From assembly GCA_963727625.1 (NCBI GenBank), contig CAVSHR010000004.1, positions 1,120,001 through 1,184,000 on the forward strand: DNA of 64,000 nucleotides, given 5' to 3'. The DNA is from an uncultured delta proteobacterium (GTDB taxonomy: Bacteria > Desulfobacterota > Binatia > UBA9968). The notes under the pieces are model-generated. The model did not search any database. It saw only the letters and a list, made by a program, of their open reading frames with translations, and was not told the origin of the DNA. This document shows, in pieces, positions 42,325 to 52,328 of the stretch. The first letter of the stretch is position 1, and every line of letters starts with the position of its first letter. The translations under genes were made by a program, and so were the position numbers.

Positions 42325-43344
42325 ATGACAGAATCGGGCAAAGGAGCCGAGCGCTTCAAAACACTCCACGAAAGCTTTTCCCGCCACCATCTTCGTGGAC
42401 TTTGGCAACGCGAAGGTCGTAGCCCATCCCCGTTGCAGGCTCATCTATGGTCTTGGAAAGAAATCTCGCCGGTACTGCAACAATCGCTGAAGACAGTTCG
42501 ACTGCCCGAAGACATCGATCAACGAGTGATCGGACTGAGCAGTCCCGGCCTGTCCGACCGTCCGCTTTCGATGGCGTACCAGATCATCAACCAAGGCGAG
42601 GAAGTCGCCTCTCATCGTCACACGCCTGCGCAGATGAGATTCATCATTCAAGGCACGGGCGCCTATACGGTCTCCGAGGGAGAGCGAATGTTGATGGCGC
42701 CGGGGGATCTTCTCGTTCAGCCGAACTGGACATGGCACGGCACGATCAACATAGGAGAGGGGCCGGTGCTCTGGCTGGACATACAGGATCGCAACCTGAT
42801 CAATTACCTGGGCGCTTTCCTGCGTGACCTTTGGCCGAACGGCCAAGTCCAACCGGGGACACGCCCGCAAGAGTATCATCGAAAGCTGCTCGGCGCGTTT
42901 CGTCCAGCCCAAGCGTCGGGCTCACCGTCGCTCCAGCCCCCCTTTCACTATCGTTGGAACGACGTCCTCATAGCGCTCGACGAGCTGGCCGAAGCTGAAA
43001 AAACGAACCCCCACGACGGCATCTTATTCGAGTACGCCAACCCGCTAACCGGAGGCCATACGACGCCGACCATGAGCGCTCAGATGCAGCTTCTGCCGCC
43101 ATCTGAGAAAACCCGCAGTCATCGCCATACCGGCATGGCATGGTATTACGTGGTACAGGGGCAAGGCGCGTCGACCATCGATGGCGCGACGCTCCGATGG
43201 CAAGAGCACGACTGCTTTTTTGTCCCGCCCTTGCAGTGGCACTCGCACCAAAATACTTCAACGGGCGAGCGCGCGGTTCTCTTTACGGTCAATGATCGAC
43301 CGCTACTCGAAGCACTTGGCCTGTATCATGAAGAGGAGGGGTAA
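42325..43344 (+). CDS. Bicupin ring-cleavage dioxygenase (gentisate 1,2- / 1-hydroxy-2-naphthoate dioxygenase family)
   Basis: LWSWKEI, SHRHT, GDLLVQPNWTWH, YANPLTGG, HRHTG and PPLQWHSH motifs. Confidence 0.88.
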   Translation: MTESGKGAERFKTLHESFSRHHLRGLWQREGRSPSPLQAHLWSWKEISPVLQQSLKTVRLPEDIDQRVIGLSSPGLSDRPLSMAYQIINQGEEVASHRHTPAQMRFIIQGTGAYTVSEGERMLMAPGDLLVQPNWTWHGTINIGEGPVLWLDIQDRNLINYLGAFLRDLWPNGQVQPGTRPQEYHRKLLGAFRPAQASGSPSLQPPFHYRWNDVLIALDELAEAEKTNPHDGILFEYANPLTGGHTTPTMSAQMQLLPPSEKTRSHRHTGMAWYYVVQGQGASTIDGATLRWQEHDCFFVPPLQWHSHQNTSTGERAVLFTVNDRPLLEALGLYHEEEG

Positions 43345-43424
43345 ACTGGTTATGGTTTCAAATTTTTGTTTTCGCGGTACTGTGCTTGATGCTCCAAAAT
43401 GCGCGTAGCGAAAAGGAGGCAACG

Positions 43425-44624
43425 ATGGCTCGCAAGGTTCAAGTGATTTCCGGCGACTCCCACCTCGACATTCCCCCGGAACGTTGGGTGCACCGGGTGC
43501 CGGAAAAATGGCGCGACCGGGCGCCGCGCCGGATCAAGCTCGCCAACGGGGACGATGCCTTCATCATAGAAAATCGTCGCCCGCATTCTCCGACTCTGCA
43601 AATCACAGGTACGGGTCAAGCTTACGATCAGCATGATGCGAAGGGCATAAGCTACGACGGCGTCGGCACGGGCAGCCCCGCACAGCGCCTGCGCGAGCAA
43701 GATCAGGACGGAGTCGACGCCGAGATCCTTTATACCCACCCTTCTTATATCAGCTCCTGGAGAGGTATTACTGATGACGAGCCCTATAAAGCGGTGATCC
43801 GAGCCTACAACGAATGGCTTGCGCAGGAATACAGTTCTTTTGCGCCTGATCGCCTAATCGCCATGGGAGTGATTCCGGACACCGGCGTCAACGATGCCGT
43901 GGCGGAACTGGAGTACTGTGCCCGCGCCGGATTCAAAGGTGTGTGTCTATATAAATTTCCCAACGGAAAAGGCTATGCTTTACCCGAAGATGACCGCTTC
44001 TGGGCCGCTGCGATCGACTTCGGCATACCGATCACTGCGCATACCAACGGCGGCACGACCAGGTTTTCCCGCGAAGGTCCAGTCTATCATTACAGCCAAA
44101 CTCCACACCGGGCTCCACCCGGCCGCGATCCGGTAAACTTGCTCGTACGCTTCACCAGCGATAACGCTTTGGCGCCGATCCAGCTCGCGTTCGCCGGAGT
44201 CTTCGATCGTTTCCCGACACTCCGCGTCTACTGGGCCGAGACGCAGGTCGGCTGGCTTCCCTACTGTCTCTCCCAGATCGACGACAACTACGAGCGCAAT
44301 CGCCACTGGGCCGAGCGCCAATGGGGTATGGCGCCACTCAAGCACAAGCCCAGTGAATATCTGCGCGAGCGCAACCTATGGGGCTTCATGAAGGATCCGC
44401 TCGGCGTCCGGCTTCGCCACGACGTCGGTATTAAAGCGCTCTTGTGGGGAAGTGATTTCGCTCATGCCACCGGCGACTGGCCCGAATCGCGCAGAGTCAT
44501 CGACGAGACTTTTGTCGGAGTACCCGACGACGAGCGTTACCCCATGCTGGCAGGGAATGCCATAGAGTTCTTCGGCCTCAAGGATTCCGTTCCCGACTTG
44601 AGCGATCTCACGCGCGCGGCGTAA
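43425..44624 (+). CDS. Amidohydrolase_2 family protein, subtype B (paralogue of 58420)
   Basis: ISGDSH, WRDRAPRR, EQDQDGVDAE, WAETQVGW and WGSDFAHATGDWP motifs; AGGAGG RBS. Confidence 0.9.
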   Translation: MARKVQVISGDSHLDIPPERWVHRVPEKWRDRAPRRIKLANGDDAFIIENRRPHSPTLQITGTGQAYDQHDAKGISYDGVGTGSPAQRLREQDQDGVDAEILYTHPSYISSWRGITDDEPYKAVIRAYNEWLAQEYSSFAPDRLIAMGVIPDTGVNDAVAELEYCARAGFKGVCLYKFPNGKGYALPEDDRFWAAAIDFGIPITAHTNGGTTRFSREGPVYHYSQTPHRAPPGRDPVNLLVRFTSDNALAPIQLAFAGVFDRFPTLRVYWAETQVGWLPYCLSQIDDNYERNRHWAERQWGMAPLKHKPSEYLRERNLWGFMKDPLGVRLRHDVGIKALLWGSDFAHATGDWPESRRVIDETFVGVPDDERYPMLAGNAIEFFGLKDSVPDLSDLTRAA

Positions 44625-44679
44625 CAATATCGAGGCGAAGATGCGAAGCAGAACGGCCTACCGCATTGGAGGGGAACGC

Positions 44680-44853
44680 GTGACAGTGAAACCTCTCGTT
44701 GCGATTTCTTTATTGTTGATGATCTCCCGGCTTTTTTCGCCGGTGACGTTCGCCGCCGAAGCCGAGCGTGGCCGCTCGCGTGGATGGGCAACCACCGTCG
44801 AGGCGGCAAAGAAAGAAGGCAAGTATGATCGTCACACCTGGCACCTTCGATAA
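44680..44853 (+). pseudogene. N-terminal fragment of an ABC solute-binding protein
   Basis: Signal peptide followed by W..TVEAAKKEGK, then a stop; GGAGGGG RBS. Confidence 0.55.
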
Positions 44854-44968
44854 TTGGCTTTCGTTTCTCTACGGACTGCCTGCTTCGTTTACACGTAAAA
44901 GAATTGGATCGAACTGACGCACCTCAAGATCTAAAGCGCGGCAGCATTCACAGCATTAATAATTCAAG

Positions 44969-46762
44969 TCACGCTTCATTTACTTTTTGGTTTGCACCGA
45001 TGGCCCGGACTTGCGGCGCGGGGCTCGCACCCGCCGCCATATCGTGTCGCACCGCTAGACGTAAGCCAAGGCTGCGGACCATCAACGCCCCGGCAACCGT
45101 GATACCGATAATGAAGATGCTGATGATACTCGCCGCTTCCCGGTCATTGATCCCCGGCGAGGCGAACTCGAGAGCCAATAGAGACAGCGTCATGGTTTCT
45201 CGGGACGCGAGTAATATGATGGGTGCTGTCGTACCAGCAGCACTGGTGAAGTTCAACACAGACAAGAGAGCGAGCGTGGGCATAAGCAATGGCAGCCATA
45301 TTCGTAAGTAGGTCTTGATCCACCCGGCGCCCGCCACCCTTGCGGCTTCTTCCATATCCGGTCCAATCTGGACAAAAACCGTTTTCATGATGTTGACACC
45401 CGTTGTCTTTCCTTGAATGAGCACCACGAGGAACAGAGCCCAGATGGTGCCATAAAGGAATGAAAGGCCCGGCGTGCTCACGAACAACCACAATAATCCT
45501 AATCCAGATAGAATGCCCGGAATGGCTCCAGTACCCCATACCATCAAGTCCAGCGCCCAGCGACCGGGCATGCGCGTTCGAACAAGGATGTAGGCAAGGA
45601 GCGAAAAAAGGAGTGGGCTTCCGACCGCTGCAAATAGACCGAGGATAAGAGTGGTACCTGCTGCGTCCAAGAACAGTTGGTCCTTCAGGACCAATCTCCA
45701 GTGGTCGAAAGTGAAACCAAGCACGAAATACCCGATTCGCGTCATGAAGCTGCCCAGCACCAACATGAGCGATGGAATGACCGTTAGCAGCATGAGCAGG
45801 GACACGATCACACCGAACAGTACGTGATTCCATCGCCCGAGGTCTATGAGACCGGGTTTGAAATTACCGGTAATCGTGGTGTAGCGACGCCGCTCCAGAA
45901 CCCAGCGCTGCATGGGAATAATCAATGCAATGAGCAGTAAGGTGATGCTTGCTAGCGCAGTCGCCTCGCCATACTGGGGAATATCAGTCCGGATCAGCGC
46001 AAAAATCTTTGTCGAGTACACAAAAAAACCGATTGGCGTTCCCAGCAGAAACTCGATCTCAAACTGTTGGAAGACCCGCAGGAGCTGGAGCGCGAATACC
46101 AGCATGATCGGCGAAATCATCAGGGGAAGCGTTACTCTGAGCGCAGTCAGGACCGTGCTGGCGCCGCTGACCCGCGCCGCCTCTTCCAAAGCTGCGTCCA
46201 TATTCCGAAAGGCCGGCGTTAGAAGTATGACCTTGACAGCAATGCCATTGGCCATCAAGTTAGCCCATACGATACCCGAGATGCTAAAAATGTTGAACGG
46301 TCCGTGATCAATAAAGGGTAGAGCGGTTAAGGCCTTATTGATCAGCCCGAGCTGCGGATCCATCAGACCAATCCATGCGATGGTTGTAGGAAGAGGAGGA
46401 ATCATGTACGCCACCCAGAACATGAACTCTAGCGCGTGACTGAATGGAATCCGTGTCCGCGCGAGAGTCCAGGCGATGGCTATCCCGATGGGTAAGCTAA
46501 TGACGGTTGTCCATCCCCAGATTAGAAGGGAGTTGCCCAACGGGACCAATAACTCACTAGGTTTCTGAAACGCGGCTCGCCAGTGATCAAGGCCCCACCG
46601 ACGAGGTTCAACAAACCAGTCGGCGGCTGCGTTGAAGCTATTAATTAGCACGAGAAGAACCGGCCAGATCATGAAGAAACCAAGCGATATCAGCACAACC
46701 GCCATGATGATATGGCCCTGATACGAGCGCGCCCCTGAAATATTTACCGGCGCTAGCTCCAC
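44969..46762 (-). CDS. ABC transporter permease, Fe3+/thiamine type (two EAA domains)
   Basis: LEEAARVSGAS and MEEAARVAGAG; multiple TM helices. Confidence 0.92.
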   Translation of the reverse strand: MELAPVNISGARSYQGHIIMAVVLISLGFFMIWPVLLVLINSFNAAADWFVEPRRWGLDHWRAAFQKPSELLVPLGNSLLIWGWTTVISLPIGIAIAWTLARTRIPFSHALEFMFWVAYMIPPLPTTIAWIGLMDPQLGLINKALTALPFIDHGPFNIFSISGIVWANLMANGIAVKVILLTPAFRNMDAALEEAARVSGASTVLTALRVTLPLMISPIMLVFALQLLRVFQQFEIEFLLGTPIGFFVYSTKIFALIRTDIPQYGEATALASITLLLIALIIPMQRWVLERRRYTTITGNFKPGLIDLGRWNHVLFGVIVSLLMLLTVIPSLMLVLGSFMTRIGYFVLGFTFDHWRLVLKDQLFLDAAGTTLILGLFAAVGSPLLFSLLAYILVRTRMPGRWALDLMVWGTGAIPGILSGLGLLWLFVSTPGLSFLYGTIWALFLVVLIQGKTTGVNIMKTVFVQIGPDMEEAARVAGAGWIKTYLRIWLPLLMPTLALLSVLNFTSAAGTTAPIILLASRETMTLSLLALEFASPGINDREAASIISIFIIGITVAGALMVRSLGLRLAVRHDMAAGASPAPQVRAIGANQKVNEA

Positions 46763-46959
46763 TTGACGTTTTGCCTTTGATCTCTAACCGCGAGCTTGAC
46801 AACGTTTGACTGGGGCATCGGTGTAATTTCTCTGCGAGTTCTTCTCAACTCCAGGAGAGTTTGAACGGGTCGCAGAATCACTAACGCTATCTCATTTTCA
46901 ATCCAGTACTCCCCCTATGCATTTCTGCCCCCAACTCATTCCTTGGAATATCCCGCTGC

Positions 46960-48159
46960 CTAATGACGGCTCTCATTCCATGTCTTCACTATGGCGTCGC
47001 GCTGCTCCTTATCTTGAGCTACGAACTTTTTTTCGGCATCCATAAATATATATTTTCTGCCAGCAACTCGACGGTATTTTGCGGCCACATTACCAAACGG
47101 GATATCCTCACGCAGCGACTGTCTTCGGATTCCAGGCTCGACTTGATGTATTGCAGATTGACCTTCTTTCGAAAGAAACCAGTTCAGAAAAAGTTTCGCT
47201 GCATTTGGGTTGGGAGCCCGATCGTATACCTGGATACAACAACCGGAGCCGCCTGCGTTAAGGAAAGGAAGTTTATATGAAATTGACCGCATTGCCACAG
47301 GAATGCCTGCTTTCGATAACTTCCCCAGCGCACGGTCGAGGTCCCCGTCACTAAAAGCAATTGGAACGCTGCCTCCGACGACCCAAGATTCCCGAATCCT
47401 AACGTCATCCGAGAACCTCGCGTCCGCTTTATTAAAAAATGCTTTTATCCAATCTAGCCCTAAATTAGGCTGGAAGTAGATAATCTGCATTTCCCCAACC
47501 CGTCCCCGGTCTCCCCATGTCCGACTCGTGATCTTGCCTCGCCACTTCGGCTCCAACAGGTCCGCTGGAGTCTTAATCTTGGCTATTTCGTCTTTGCTGA
47601 TCGCGTCTGTGTTGTACCAGAAATCAAAGCTCTCGGTCGGATCCGCTGCATAGATAAATGAGAACATCTCTTCCTCTGGGTCGGCATACCAGTGACGGCC
47701 TCCGAACCAGGCGGATTTGTCAAGCACCTCTGGATGGATGAGCAAGGGTGGAATGGGGCTCACCGCCTTCGCCGGTATGAGTCTTGTCCGTGTCGCAGCT
47801 ACGCTGGTCAGACCGATATCGACCGTATATCTGCCGGCGTTTCGCTCCGCCAACACCCGATTTATGGTCGCCGAGCCGCTTCCCGTTGACAGAGAGACCT
47901 TAATGTTGAACTTGCTTTGGAAAGTTCCGATAACGGACCGATATTCGCGAGAAGGCGCTCCACCAGCGGCAATAGCAAGTCGTCCCTCCTTTTGGCCGGC
48001 AGCGATGAGCTTGGCCCATTCCGCGTCAAAACGAGATGTCGGAGAGGCTCCTTCGGCCATGGGTAGAAACAGAAGCAATGCTCCCAGACTGGTTAATAAT
48101 ATTCCTGCAATACGATGGACTGATGCAATCACTCTTTCTTCCTTTCGGACCTGGATCAT
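46960..48159 (-). CDS. ABC transporter extracellular solute-binding protein
   Basis: Signal peptide, AAGQKEG, DLLEPKWRGKI and APNPNAAKLFLNWFLSKEGQ motifs. Confidence 0.9.
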   Translation of the reverse strand: MIQVRKEERVIASVHRIAGILLTSLGALLLFLPMAEGASPTSRFDAEWAKLIAAGQKEGRLAIAAGGAPSREYRSVIGTFQSKFNIKVSLSTGSGSATINRVLAERNAGRYTVDIGLTSVAATRTRLIPAKAVSPIPPLLIHPEVLDKSAWFGGRHWYADPEEEMFSFIYAADPTESFDFWYNTDAISKDEIAKIKTPADLLEPKWRGKITSRTWGDRGRVGEMQIIYFQPNLGLDWIKAFFNKADARFSDDVRIRESWVVGGSVPIAFSDGDLDRALGKLSKAGIPVAMRSISYKLPFLNAGGSGCCIQVYDRAPNPNAAKLFLNWFLSKEGQSAIHQVEPGIRRQSLREDIPFGNVAAKYRRVAGRKYIFMDAEKKFVAQDKEQRDAIVKTWNESRH

Positions 48160-48207
48160 CGCGTATTCCCCCCTTGAGCTTTTTTGGTTCATGTTCGATT
48201 GTCGGCA

Positions 48208-49422
48208 CTAGTGCCGTGGATCACCATGAAACTGGCCAGATGCCCACGCGGTATGGCCGTCCGGTCGTAACTTCAACCAGATCTTATCGCCTTCATTCAC
48301 TGGATCGTGGCGCTCCCCACAAATTAGGATAGGTCCTTGGCCGTCGACCTCAACTTGGTATTCGATTCGCTCTCCGACAAACAACGCCGTCTCCACTGTT
48401 CCGCTGATCATTCCTGAAGGCGCCTTGGCGCCCGCCGGTTGGAGTATTTCGACGTCTTCGGGCCGAACTGCTATATAAGCGGATTGGCCGCTCGCGATGC
48501 CATCGGGACTATAGCTCCGCCCAAAAACGACACAGTCCGGTCCGCCCTTTAGAGCGACGGCTATCAGCCCAGACGGGTGGCAACTTTGCACTTTACCTTC
48601 GAACAAAAGAGTCTTGCCGACAAAATCGCGCACGAACTCGTTGACCGGCTGCTCATACAAAAGCCGTGGGCTGCCGAGTTGCTGCACGACACCGAAGTTC
48701 ATCAGCGCAATCCGATTTGACAAGCTAAGCGCCTCGATCTGATCATGCGTGACGAATAGCACCGCGATGTTCAACCGTTTTTGCAAGAGCTTCACTTGAA
48801 TACGCATTTGCTCGCGGAGCTTAGCGTCCAGGTTGCTGAACGGCTCGTCCAGCAAAAGGACGCGAGGTTCGGTCACCAGTGCTCTTGCAAGCGCTACCCG
48901 CTGTTGTTGTCCGCCGCTCAGCAATGGCCCCGGCCGATCCTCATATCCGACGAGATCGACCAACTCCAGGACTCGCCGAACGCGATCTTTAATCTCGCTC
49001 CGCGGAAAGTTGCGCGCTCGAAGCGGAAAGGCCAAATTTTCCGCCACGGTCATGTGCGGCCAAATAGCGTAGGATTGGAAAACCATGCCCACGTTTCGCC
49101 GATCGGGCGGGACAAATAACCGGCGGGAAGTTATAACCACTGCGCTATCGCCAAAATAGATATCCCCGTCGTCGGGCACTTCGAGACCTGCCGCCATGCG
49201 CAGGGTCGTGGTCTTACCGCATCCGCTAGGACCTAACAAGGTCACGATTTCACCGTCATGCACATCTATGGAGAGATCTTGCACGGCTGGCTGCGCACTT
49301 CCAGGATACCTCTTCCACACTCCCTGAAGCCGCAGGGCAAGCGCCGGCTTAGCGGCCTGTGATATTTTTTTGCAAGTGGTCAAAGATTCAGGGCAATCTA
49401 TAGGTGAATTCAGCTTCGACAT
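48208..49422 (-). CDS. ABC transporter ATP-binding protein (PotA/FbpC-like, with TOBE domain)
   Basis: GPSGCGKTT, LSGGQQQR, LLLDEP and VTHDQ motifs; start uncertain. Confidence 0.93.
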   Translation of the reverse strand: MSKLNSPIDCPESLTTCKKISQAAKPALALRLQGVWKRYPGSAQPAVQDLSIDVHDGEIVTLLGPSGCGKTTTLRMAAGLEVPDDGDIYFGDSAVVITSRRLFVPPDRRNVGMVFQSYAIWPHMTVAENLAFPLRARNFPRSEIKDRVRRVLELVDLVGYEDRPGPLLSGGQQQRVALARALVTEPRVLLLDEPFSNLDAKLREQMRIQVKLLQKRLNIAVLFVTHDQIEALSLSNRIALMNFGVVQQLGSPRLLYEQPVNEFVRDFVGKTLLFEGKVQSCHPSGLIAVALKGGPDCVVFGRSYSPDGIASGQSAYIAVRPEDVEILQPAGAKAPSGMISGTVETALFVGERIEYQVEVDGQGPILICGERHDPVNEGDKIWLKLRPDGHTAWASGQFHGDPRH

Positions 49423-49710
49423 AGCTACACGTTCAAGAGGACGGTCGGCATCACGTGGGACTAAACTCTCATGCTTAACGTAGTTCGAAAATAGGCACGA
49501 CTCATGCGCTAACTGCGCAATCGTCTTCGAAGTATCGCTATTTTTTTGACAGCAGAAAATAACAATAATTCGCCCCCATCTGTCCTCGCTGTTCGTTCGC
49601 CAAAGTCGCAGCTCGTGAGAATGCTTGAGCCCCAAAATCTATTTCTCTCAATGCGTTTAAAGACGCTGTCTCCCTCTCCCCTCGCGGGGCGTCGCGGTTT
49701 CCCAACTGGG

Positions 49711-50874
49711 CTATTTACCGTCTAGATGGAAAAACCCTACCGCATTGCCCGCGAGCATTGCGTGTTTTTCATTTTCCGAGACCCCGCCAAATTGTTCTTC
49801 AACCAATTCGAGCGACTTAGGCCAGCGTGTAACAATATGCGGAAAATCGGTCGACCACATGATCTTGTTGACGCCGACCCGATGGCGCAATTCAATGCCG
49901 ACGGGATCGTCAAACATCCCCCAGTAAGCATGTTCGCGCAGATACTCGCTCGGCAGCTTCTTGAGCTTCGGTAAACCTAAAAGTTTCCCAGCCCAGCCGC
50001 AATTGACCTTGTACGTCTGGTCCATCTGCTCGTAAAAATAAGGTATCCAACCAATATTATTTTCGGCCCAAAAAATTTTAAGCTGCGGGAATCGGTCGAA
50101 CACGCCGGTGAAGATCATCTGCGTCGCTTCCACCGCGCCACAGTGATAGATCCCCTGACGGGCCAACCGCTGCAAGAAATCAAACGGCCGGTCCTCGCCT
50201 TGCGGATCTTTCGGGTATTGCATTAAATAAACGTCGCGCGCGTCCGTACGACGTGGGAACGAGGTGTGGATCGTGATCGGCATTTGCAGGTCCAAAGCAG
50301 CAGCGTAGAAACGGTCATCTTCCGGCGTCGGGTAGCCCTTGCCGCTTGGAAAGGTGTGCAATCGCAGCGCCTTGAAGCCTTTTTCCTTGCAACGCTTCAT
50401 TTCTTTGATGTTTTCATCGGCGCCGATGTCTGGCATCACCGCGACACCAACCAGCCGCGCTGGATCGACCGCGCAATATTCTTCGATGAAGTAATCGTTG
50501 AAGGCACGGATAATTTCGAGAAACGCGTCCTTGTCTTTGATTTTTGTGTTGCGCGCCTCGGTAGCAAACAACAATTCGCCGTCAATGCCGTCGGCATCCT
50601 GCTCTTTGAGCCGCTGCTGGGGTGACCCGGCACCAACGGCATTTTCGAAATCCAAGTGTGTCGGATCAAAGTCCGCCGGTTCCTTCCCGGCGAAGAGATT
50701 GGTGCCGCGGTACTCCAAGGGGTGCCCTTCGTCAGCGATCGCATCGCGGCCGTCAGCCAGTTTGATGCGGCGCGGCGCCCGGTCGCGGTACTTTGCCGGG
50801 ACGCGATGGGTCCAAGTCTCAGGCATGCACTCGAAGTGGCTATCTGCCGAAAAATAGCGATAGGTCTGGGCCAT
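49711..50874 (-). CDS. Amidohydrolase_2 family protein, subtype A
   Basis: FSADSHFE, RDRAPRRIKL, WAENNIGWIPYFYEQMD and WSTDFPH motifs. Confidence 0.9.
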   Translation of the reverse strand: MAQTYRYFSADSHFECMPETWTHRVPAKYRDRAPRRIKLADGRDAIADEGHPLEYRGTNLFAGKEPADFDPTHLDFENAVGAGSPQQRLKEQDADGIDGELLFATEARNTKIKDKDAFLEIIRAFNDYFIEEYCAVDPARLVGVAVMPDIGADENIKEMKRCKEKGFKALRLHTFPSGKGYPTPEDDRFYAAALDLQMPITIHTSFPRRTDARDVYLMQYPKDPQGEDRPFDFLQRLARQGIYHCGAVEATQMIFTGVFDRFPQLKIFWAENNIGWIPYFYEQMDQTYKVNCGWAGKLLGLPKLKKLPSEYLREHAYWGMFDDPVGIELRHRVGVNKIMWSTDFPHIVTRWPKSLELVEEQFGGVSENEKHAMLAGNAVGFFHLDGK

Positions 50875-51048
50875 GGCTTAATCCTCCGTCGTTTCGATTA
50901 CGAGAAGATACCGCAGGCTTATACCCGGGGTCCTCAATACTCAGGAATTTTGATAGATCTTTCAGTCCGACAGCAAAAACCCAACGGCGCGGGTCCGCGC
51001 CGGATGAGTTAGAAATCTGCCGCCGCGAATCATGTTCCGACCCATCCT

Positions 51049-52236
51049 TTAGCGCGGTGTCTGCAGCCAGCGCTCCGGCTCTAATCCTGGCCGGTCTTTG
51101 TACTTCTCAGCAATCTCCCGCACCTTGGGGTGATCGGCGCTGGTGATTCGACCCTCCTTGTACACGTAGTTGTCGCCGATCTTGAGATCGCCGCCGCGCA
51201 ACTCAGCAGAGATATGCATTAAATAAGGAAATGTTTTACTGCGCCTGCTGTTGCCCATGTGAAAATGAAAACTGCTCCAGTGATGATGCTCAATAAAATG
51301 ACGATACGGCGCGTTCGGGCACTGGTGCGGTTCAAGGATTGCGGAAGGATGCACGCCGCCGTGAAAACCGCGTACTTCGTAAGCAGCCTCGCCGAGATAT
51401 TTTGAGATAAATTGATAGAAGCGCGTTAGCGTCTCTGCCTCGGCTCCTCCCTCGAATTTTTTGATGAAACCTTTTTCGATATGGACTTTTACCGGCTGTT
51501 TAAACGGACAAGGTACGCCGATGTGACGCGCCCAAATGACGCCGATCTCGTTGATTATACCGACACCCTCGGCATCGCGGGAGCGAATCGAAGACCAGAC
51601 CCCTTCAGGGAAGGGACAATAGGGTCCGATGTCACGGTAGTGCGCGTAGTCATCCGTGTCCTCAGGTTTAACGACGTAGCCTTCGACGTGGGAGCCGTTG
51701 GGATGAGTCATCACCCACTTAGCGCCGGGTTTTGCCAAGGCGCAGGCCTGGACGCGGATTTCCGAAACCAATTCATAGGGTGTAAGCCCCCAGTTACTTG
51801 TCAAGAGCGATGCTGTCGTCGCCATGTTCCTCGCGTAACGGACGTTTCGTTCCTTCAGAAGGTCTGGAACCTCTCGAAGCTCCTCTTCAAAAGTCAGATC
51901 CACAGCGTGGCTGATAATCACGTCCGCGGCGCGCATGGCGTTGGCAACAATCGGTGGTACGCGCCACGCTTTACCGGGGTCGGCGCCATCACCCCAAAGT
52001 ACCATCGGGCGGTAAGGAATATCGCACCATACCACGGTCGCATCGGCGCCTCGTTCAACAATAGCAGCGTGCACCCACGCTACAGCTTCTTGATCGACGA
52101 TATTAACGCCACCGTGCAAACCATCGTTGGCGGCAACGATCAACACGTTCATACCCGGTTGGACCTTGGCACAGTTGTCGACCAAGTCGGCGACGGCGAC
52201 CGCCGCCTGTGTAGGGATCAATGGTACGGAACTCAT
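51049..52236 (-). CDS. Aminopeptidase-T/M29-like fold protein, distantly NicX (2,5-dihydroxypyridine dioxygenase)-like
   Basis: CAKVQPGMNVLI, FPEG, AEGVGII, PVKVHIEKG, IKKFEGGAEA, FHGGVHPSA, FHMGN and HISAE motifs. Confidence 0.6.
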   Translation of the reverse strand: MSSVPLIPTQAAVAVADLVDNCAKVQPGMNVLIVAANDGLHGGVNIVDQEAVAWVHAAIVERGADATVVWCDIPYRPMVLWGDGADPGKAWRVPPIVANAMRAADVIISHAVDLTFEEELREVPDLLKERNVRYARNMATTASLLTSNWGLTPYELVSEIRVQACALAKPGAKWVMTHPNGSHVEGYVVKPEDTDDYAHYRDIGPYCPFPEGVWSSIRSRDAEGVGIINEIGVIWARHIGVPCPFKQPVKVHIEKGFIKKFEGGAEAETLTRFYQFISKYLGEAAYEVRGFHGGVHPSAILEPHQCPNAPYRHFIEHHHWSSFHFHMGNSRRSKTFPYLMHISAELRGGDLKIGDNYVYKEGRITSADHPKVREIAEKYKDRPGLEPERWLQTPR

Positions 52237-52328
52237 CCTTTCCTCCAGTCTGCTGGCTCTTCAAGATTCTCGGTTCAAAGCATAATCTTTCGCACTCGGA
52301 AACATTGCACCGCGGACTCAACACAACT

